DNA from: Ginkgo biloba
Taxonomy: Eukaryota; Plantae; Ginkgophyta
Direction of reading: 5' to 3'
Assembly: GCA_024626585.2 (NCBI GenBank)
Contig: JANKJI020000002.1
Coordinates: 123,000,230-123,016,452, forward strand
Length of the DNA: 16,223 nucleotides
Shown here: piece by piece, positions 9,295 through 16,223 of the stretch
Layout of the letters: each line of letters opens with the position of its first letter
How positions within the stretch are numbered: the first letter of the stretch is position 1
Notes under the pieces: model-generated
What the model was told of the DNA's origin: nothing
The model's input: only the letters and a program-made list of their open reading frames with translations
The model's database searches: none
Translations under genes and position numbers: made by a program

Positions 9295-10059
9295 TGATAT
9301 GGCCCTAGGGATAGATGGAACTCTTTGTTCCCTAGGACATACCAAAATTTGTAATTATTTAATTTTTCGAATATAAAATGGAAGAATGATGGGGTAATGT
9401 TGCATAGAGCCTTTCCATCTACTTCTAGAATAAGTAAGGATTAGTTTCACTTGCACCTTTGTAGTGATAATCCAACCCACATTTATCAAGGTTTTGAGAA
9501 CAATGAACATTCCAAACTCCAGGCTAAAAATTCTCCACTTATAGTGAAGAACTCACTTGTCAAAATTTTGGATAGTTTTTGTAATTTGTGCAAGATTTAG
9601 CATGTACTTTCAACAAATTGGAAATTTAAAAATGATAGTGAGAATTTACAATCATTCGTATTTTGAATTCATCTTGTTTAATTGAGGAATTGAACTTGTG
9701 ACTTGTTTCCCCAATTGTACTTGCTAGCTTCAAGAGAATTTTCTTTTACAATTTAATCCTAGTATATGTTGGTTGTGAAAGGCAAAATTTAAGGTTGAAG
9801 TGCAGACTATAACCTACGGTTGAGGTAATTTTTATCTAGTAAATCAATTCCTTTCATCTTTAACTTTCTTAACTTCTCCAAATATTGAATGGCAAGAACG
9901 TTCTTAGGGAAAGAATGGTAAATTATATTTCCATATTATTCCAACCCGTTCATATGTCATGTTTTTAGAAGGTCCCCTTTAGTTGAATTGAGAAATATAA
10001 AATTTTTAACATGACTTTGCACCAATTGTGAGAAATGGGATGCGGTAGGTTTCTAATAA
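9295..10059 (+). repeat. Partial 3' LTR of the outer gypsy element
   Basis: Collinear with ~863-1610 at a nearly constant offset (~8443-8451); similarity is lost at ~10060. Confidence 0.75.
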
Positions 10060-10769
10060 TGTCATGGGCCTGCAATGCAAGAGAAGGTTGACAAAGTGAA
10101 ATCATTCAATGTCCATAACCAATAAGTAAGGATGAAGAAAAACAGAAGGGATAATGACAAGAAGAAGACTGACAACATAAAAATTGATAACAAAGAAAGA
10201 AAGGTCTCTGACACAAACCACACCAACAGTAGTAGGAAAAAGCTGAGAGACTGACAACGTGAAGAACTAGCAACAAAGGGAAATAAAAAGAACAAGAGTG
10301 GAAAATGAAGTGTAAGGTGGAAGATAGAATTAATGCTCAAGTATGTGCCTCACCTACCTTGAATATGTTAGATGAAAAAATTAATCTCGATACATTATAT
10401 ATTGATGATGAAGCAGATAGAATGTTCAAAGATGTAATTCAGAAGGCTAACTTGTTGTTTTAAGAGATAGAAAAATGAGACAAGCATTAAGGGTTAGGAG
10501 GTGACACTAGCAAGAATAGAGTAAGGGTTTCAGGATACTCCAATACAGAGATCATAGGCAAAGACAAGGAAGTAAAAAAAAATTATGCTAAAGCATATAT
10601 AGATGTATCCCCCAATCTCACATGGGAAATACTTCAAAGTGGATGACAGTTGTAGAGAAGTTTTCGTTAGGACCAAGTTTGAATCCCAGGAGTGGGATAG
10701 GACAAAAATAAACTAATTTTATGAATGGGTATATAGAGGATGGCCGAAGAGTAGGGTAGAACCCTCATA

Positions 10770-11350
10770 TTTGGAAGGATAGTTAATCCCAGAAGCCCAA
10801 TGATTGCACAAGGTAGGGATTTTACAAATCATAAAAAACCCTTATTTTGGGGAGAAAAAAAAAATTATAAATTTTTTATTGGAGAGATACCATCATGAGA
10901 AAATATGGATAGATGAATTTGTCCTATTAGGGATGGACCAGATAGAACTATTGATAATGTTATCAATGGAGCTAAAAGGAGATATCAAGAGTGTGATGGG
11001 GATCAATAAGAAAATTGGCAATGATGAAATTAGAATAGAACTTGGTGACGACAATAAACCAATAGTGAACTCAAGGGGGATTTTCATCAACGGGATCATA
11101 AGCAATGTGAGAAGGTGGGAGATGAAGATATTCAGCATTTGGGTCTACAACTCAAGCAAAACCAATGACATACCAAAAGGATGGTTCAGGATGATTAAAA
11201 CTATCGTTGACCAAGGTATTCTATTTTTATGGGTAGAGTACGTCGAGGAGTAACTCCATGAGGCTATCAAGAACACATTGTAAAAAGCTATGTCATTTCG
11301 CAAGACACACTTGCTTATTTCATTGGTAATGATAAAATACCCATCACGAG
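10770..11350 (+). pseudogene. Decayed retroelement accessory ORF (PMD/plant-transposon-protein-like) inside a purine-rich element remnant (~10060-12480)
   Basis: 149-aa open stretch 10804-11253 (GILQIIKNPYFG...LLERYHHEKIWID...NSRGIFINGI...VYNSSKTNDIP) that continues in frame past stops on both sides. The family call is from recalled resemblance only. Confidence 0.5.
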
Positions 11351-14000
11351 GCACTATGGATAAAAGCCTTGTTGAAAGGTCCTTTTGGAGATATGACCAT
11401 TGACAAAATAAATCGATTAGAGACTAATATGTTATAATGATATTAGATTAGTAGGACCAAATATATGCCAAAGCATTCATAACAATGAGAGTACCTCGAG
11501 GGTTCAATACACAGTATTATCAGGGGAATAATCCACACATTTAGTTATTGTTAGAGCTCGACAACGCAAAGATCAAATGTCCTAGGTTCAAATAGAATTG
11601 TCGAGAATTACCCTACATTGCCACTTGGGAGCTCTTGAAGGATGAATAACACTAAAAGGTAGGGTAGACATTAAAGGAAGTGCCAAGTATTTCATTGCCA
11701 GAATTGACATCGGTACATGGAGAGTCATTTTCAGGGAAGACACCAAAGAAAAAGAAGGAGAAAAAGCAAAATACTCCACCAACAAGTGAAGAGACAAGAT
11801 TAAAAAGATAGAAGAAAAAGTAGAAGGTTGAGGAAAGTAGCGGCGAGAAGTAGATGGAAACTACCCAGCAGACTCAACCTATAATAGAGTTAGACAAAGA
11901 AGAGCACAGATAACAAACATAAGCAGAGTAGGAATGCCAACAAGAGGGAGAAGGTCCAATAATGATCGAGGAAGAACAAAGGGCATGTTGAGGAACAACA
12001 ATAGTAATAACAATAAAAACAACAAAAGTAGGAGGAGGAGGATAAGGGATAAGAGTAAACAAAGACTGAGAAGGTGACAACGACAATACCTAAAGAAACA
12101 ACCATGGAAAACACCCACCAAGAGAAATATACATGGTCTATAGGAACTTTGANNNNNNNNNNNNNNNNNNNNNNNNNNGGAACATTGATCAACCAATCCT
12201 CTCTAATAAACTTAATAATTTCCATAGGTATATAAGAAAGAGCGTCAAAGGGAAAATTAGAAAAGATATATGGTAAAAAATTTTAGGAAGAAAGAATGAC
12301 ATAGAGATAGACTTAGCATACTACTAATAAAAGTGGTGATAGAAGGAAGTAGATAGATATGGGCAATACCCTATCGTCTGATAAGAAGTTGATAAAATCC
12401 AGTAAGTGATAGGCGATGGGGTAGGAGATTTTAAAATTTAGGGAAATAAACAAACCCCAGGTAATCCTAATAACCATAGTTANNNNNNNNNNNNNNNNNN
12501 NNNNNNNNNNNNNNNNNNNNNNNNNNNNNNNNNNNNNNNNNNNNNNNNNNNNNNNNNNNNNNNNNNNNNNNNNNNNNNNNNNGGAAACGGTAAAAAAGCA
12601 CAAATTTTTGGACATTTTTTTTCAACATCACTTATATTTTTCCTTTTTCGGTACAACATCACCATTTTTCTTTTGTGATACTTAAACTTATTGGTCATGT
12701 GTGCTCATTGTCTCTATCCTATTCCATCACATTATTGACTTGCCAAATTGTGAATTATAACTTACAAATTTCAAAGATATCATGAACAAACTACATATAA
12801 TTGAGCTCTAAAAGGAGTTTCTTAAGAAGCTATTTGGCAATTTTGTGAATTTTATGATATGATCTTAAGGGCCATAGTGACTTATACAAGGGAGTTAAGA
12901 CCAACTAAAGTTTTCTTGCCTTACAAGGCCATTTCCAAGCTCATTTAGAATGGTCCTTTGATTAGAATATTATCATTGAAGCACTTTTTCTTGCACTTGT
13001 ATAATAAACAGTATCATCTTGCTAGGAAATGCATTATTGGTCTTTAGCGGTCCAACAAGTTGTCAGCTTTTACGATACATCANNNNNNNNNNNNNNNNNN
13101 NNNNNNNNNNNNNNNNNNNNNNNNNNNNNNNNNNNNNNNNNNNNNNNNNNNNNNNNNNNNNNNNNNNNNNNNNNNNNNNNNNNNNNNNNNNNCTTTGCTA
13201 GTAGTTGCACTTTCTACACTTAACTAGGTAAGGCTACCATAGTAAGATTACTTCTTAATTGAGACATTACTCAGGCTTCCTTATAGGCCATATGACTAGC
13301 ACTCTCTTCGTCACCCACTCTAGGGCTTTCATGCAAGGTACCACCCACTTTAAGCAATAACATTACTAAGTTAACCCGCAAGCCATCCACCCTCACACGA
13401 CCTTATTGGTGCATTGACCCCATTGTAGCTAACATNNNNNNNNNNAAAGTCTTTACGTGCAAGCCATCTTTGTAAGATGCAACATTATGGGAATTCACTC
13501 CTACCCTTAGACTTATCTAAGCTCTATGTCAAGGCTAATATCCATAGACTTATTTTGGCTTGATGTTGGGGCTATGAAGTCAATCATGTTTTCCTCACTT
13601 GTACGTCTTTGAGTACTACACCCAATCTCACCTTCTAGGGATTTTTGGCTCTTCAACCACTACCTCATCTTTAGGACTTTTGGCCTTATGTGGCAGGCTT
13701 GCTAGGACCTTTAGTCTTACACGCTCTAACAACAGACCTAGTCTAGCAAGGAGTTGGTGGCTATGATGACCTACTTAACCAATGTGTTTCTCATCATGTG
13801 TATTCTTTTTTCTTCGATTAGGATAGAAGGGGTGTTGAAAGGCCCCCAAACCTTTTACAGCTCTGCTACCGGAGAAAAGAAAACAAAACTAGAGACTGCT
13901 TCATCAAGCGGTTTACAGATACTACAAAATTACAAGCAAATACATCTGAGGTAAAAAACCAAAAAGGGTTTTGCAAACCCACAAATTGAACTTTCAAAAG

Positions 14001-15223
14001 CTAATTCTCCTTATCCTTGCTGGAAGACTGCTGCTGGTTCCTTGTTGAACTCAACTCCTTCAAATTACTTACCACTTCTTTCAGATAATTAGTAATTTCC
14101 AAAGTCAGGAGGATAATACAAGAATAGGTGCTAGTTAGAGCTCCCCCCAGGCCATTGAGGAATTTTAGATGACATTTCAGATCCTTCAACAAATTANNNN
14201 NNNNNNNNNNNNNNNNNNNNNNNNNNNNNNNNNNNNNNNNNNNNNNNNNNNNNNNNNNNNNNNNNNNNNNNNNNNNNNNNNNNNNNNNNNNNNNNNNNNN
14301 NNNNNNNNNNNNNNNNNNNNNNNNNNNNNNNNNNNNNNNAGACTTCTCTGTCGACTTCTTTTGAAGACGAGTGGACCTCTGATTGCATTTGGCCAAATTG
14401 GCTGTCAGCACTTCGGGGGAGGATTACTTTTTTTAATACCATCTTTTTTACTCACTTCCAAGGGGGTATCCTCCCCCTGACTATTTGAATCCTCCTCTGA
14501 ATCTAAAATTACTGCATTGGTTTTAAGAACAGGGGAAGTAGGGGCAGGCCCCAATAACAGATGAGCTTTAGATACTGGGGTTCTGCTCGTCTTGGGAAAA
14601 CCACCCCTAACAGATCCCATAGTCAAACCCCTTTTGTCCTTCTCATGCAAATAAAGGAGTTTCAATAAGCCCTGATGGAGAGGAACTCTTCCCTTCCTAG
14701 TCTTCACTGCTTTAATCAACTTTTTCAAAGACTTGAGTAAAAACAAAGGGATGCTTATTCTTTCTTCATTCCTTATGGAGTTTAATATTGCTATATGGTA
14801 GCCAAAGATTTTGTAGAACTTACCTTCCAATATGAGATACTTCATGATTTGGACTGCCACCCTGTCCTAGGGTTTCGACAGTGACTCCCGATCTATTCTT
14901 GATTGAAGACAAAATAATAATTCATCATCCTTGATGAATGTAGTGAGTTAGCCCACTTGGTTGGTTTTCTCCCTAGAAATAATCGCGCCTTCACTTGGCA
15001 GGCCTGAAACATCAGTAATTAGCTTCTTTGAGATGTCGAATTCTAACCCATTCACTGTAACCTTACCATCATTATAAGTTTCCACAACTTATAGGGAAAT
15101 GTCCTCATTGAAACCATAATTTTTTTGAAAAAAAAATAATAATCTTGCTATTTTCAAGATGTCTCTTACCTCTTCATCAACCTTAAGAACTATCGACTCA
15201 ATGGTGACCACGTCTCCTCCCAT
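14001..15223 (-). pseudogene. Decayed ~400-codon retroelement-associated accessory ORF (MGGD...; Transposase_32/PMD-like)
   Basis: One frame runs from ATG 15223 (MGGDVVTIE) through stops at 15089-15091, 14948-14950 and 14867-14869 (TAG where PW would be expected) into VAVQIMKYLILEGKF...PLHQGLLKLLY. A probable frameshift near 14420 leads to the 14001-14411 tail. Confidence 0.6.
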
Positions 15224-16223
15224 GATTCTCCTTTTGCTATCTCTCCCACCCAGGCTTACCAACACTATTAGGAGCGCGATGAAAATGACATCCTTTTGAG
15301 GCCTTAATAAAGGGAAGGCTTCTCTACGCCATCCCGAATTCGCACCACCACTTGCCATCATTAAACGGAGTTGATTATCATATCCCTTTAAATCCCATCC
15401 CATCTTATCATGTAATCTCTTGCTCCAATTCCTTTCATGATTACTGAACCTCGGGCGGACTCCTTTATTCATGGGGGGAAGATTGCTTATTCTTTGGCCT
15501 CGACAACTCCTATTCCAGACTGGGGGCCTAATTACAACGGCCGAATCATCTCGTGTATTCTTATAAGCATTGAAAACTAGCCTTATTTCACAGGAGTTTT
15601 TTTTTCATGGAATATTTATTTGACATTTCCTTTAATTTATGGAGAGTAAAATGTTTGGCTTTTCTCCACTGCCTTCCTTCTAATGAGAGTAATATTCTTA
15701 TCATTAGAAGCACATGATTGAAATAGCATAACATATCAACTTAACAAGACAACGCAACGTCATGCGTTCATTATCTCAACATGGGATCTAGGACTCGTAC
15801 ATTAATAATCAATCTTGAACACCAATCCGTAAATCATAAATTATTTCTAGCATCATGGTTATACCAACAACATGTTCATATTGTAATTATTCATGGCTAA
15901 TTAACTCAATATAACGTTCGATAACCAATCCAAATGTGAAGATGCCATCAGTCCATGAGCCACATACTATTACCACAAACCATGATGTAGAACCTGAGAA
16001 ACACACAATATTCAAGTATCCTACATAAATTTTCGACATGCATCCTTTGATATTGCTTATTTTTTCCATAAGAAAGCAAGGTCTCATGTGCATTCATAAG
16101 GAAGCTAGGCAAATTACTGATCCTCATAATGATGTATTTGCTTGGTGCTGGAGGATTTGATGTCAATAATGCAGTGGAAACAGTTGATCAAACCCAAGGG
16201 GGTAATCCTCTTCTCACTCTTCA

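Larger units (their letters stand above)
863..10059 (+). mobile_element. Ancient, degenerate Ty3/gypsy LTR retrotransposon (chromovirus/CRM-like), interrupted by the ALB3-containing segment and by a nested LTR element; 3' LTR truncated
   Basis: Order on the + strand is LTR, PBS-like, gag (CCHC), protease region, RT thumb, RNase H, integrase, PPT, LTR, which is the gypsy order. The direct repeats ~889-1600 and ~9336-10051 are collinear. That both halves belong to one element is an inference across the 522-N gap. Confidence 0.7.

Noticed and set aside
10062-10340. Hydrophobic, membrane-protein-like minus-strand ORF
   Set aside because: It is the antisense reading of A/G-rich sequence, which yields F/L/S-rich peptides automatically.
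11874-12225. Leu/Cys/Tyr-rich minus-strand ORFs
   Set aside because: Antisense of low-complexity purine- and AAC-rich sequence, open in all three frames; no family signal.
12583-13990. Gap-bounded segments that look repeat-derived
   Set aside because: No termini, internal repeats or protein motifs that I could support.
16131-16145. DVFAW peptide, reminiscent of the start of gypsy RT
   Set aside because: The flanking residues do not fit RT and a stop follows within five codons.
1-16223. CRISPR array, tRNA/rRNA genes, prokaryotic defence or operon systems, further ALB3 exons
   Set aside because: No regularly spaced repeats, no RNA-gene structure and no operon-like ORFs. No ALB3 exon-2 peptide was recognised on the minus strand of 1-5400 by eye.

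Overview
AT-rich, gapped (11 N runs) plant nuclear DNA, probably a large-genome gymnosperm (inferred from element types). It is mostly decayed, nested LTR retrotransposons. The only host-gene sequence is an intact first coding exon of the chloroplast thylakoid insertase ALB3 (YidC/Oxa1/Alb3 family) on the minus strand (5406-5798), with a transit peptide and a GT donor. This exon sits antisense between two collinear halves of an old Ty3/gypsy element. The left half has the 5' LTR (~863-2417), gag, protease, RT thumb/RNase H and the start of integrase. The right half has the integrase core and C-terminus, a PPT and a partial 3' LTR (~9295-10059). A younger LTR element (6896-8919, TGTTG...CAACA, TSD TATGT) is inserted in that integrase. 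Three further decayed retroelement accessory-type ORFs lie at ~1-540 (-), ~10770-11350 (+) and 14001-15223 (-). I found no RNA genes, CRISPR arrays or prokaryotic systems. The best candidate for something new is the exon-inside-retroelement arrangement, but a 522-N gap next to the exon prevents a firm conclusion.
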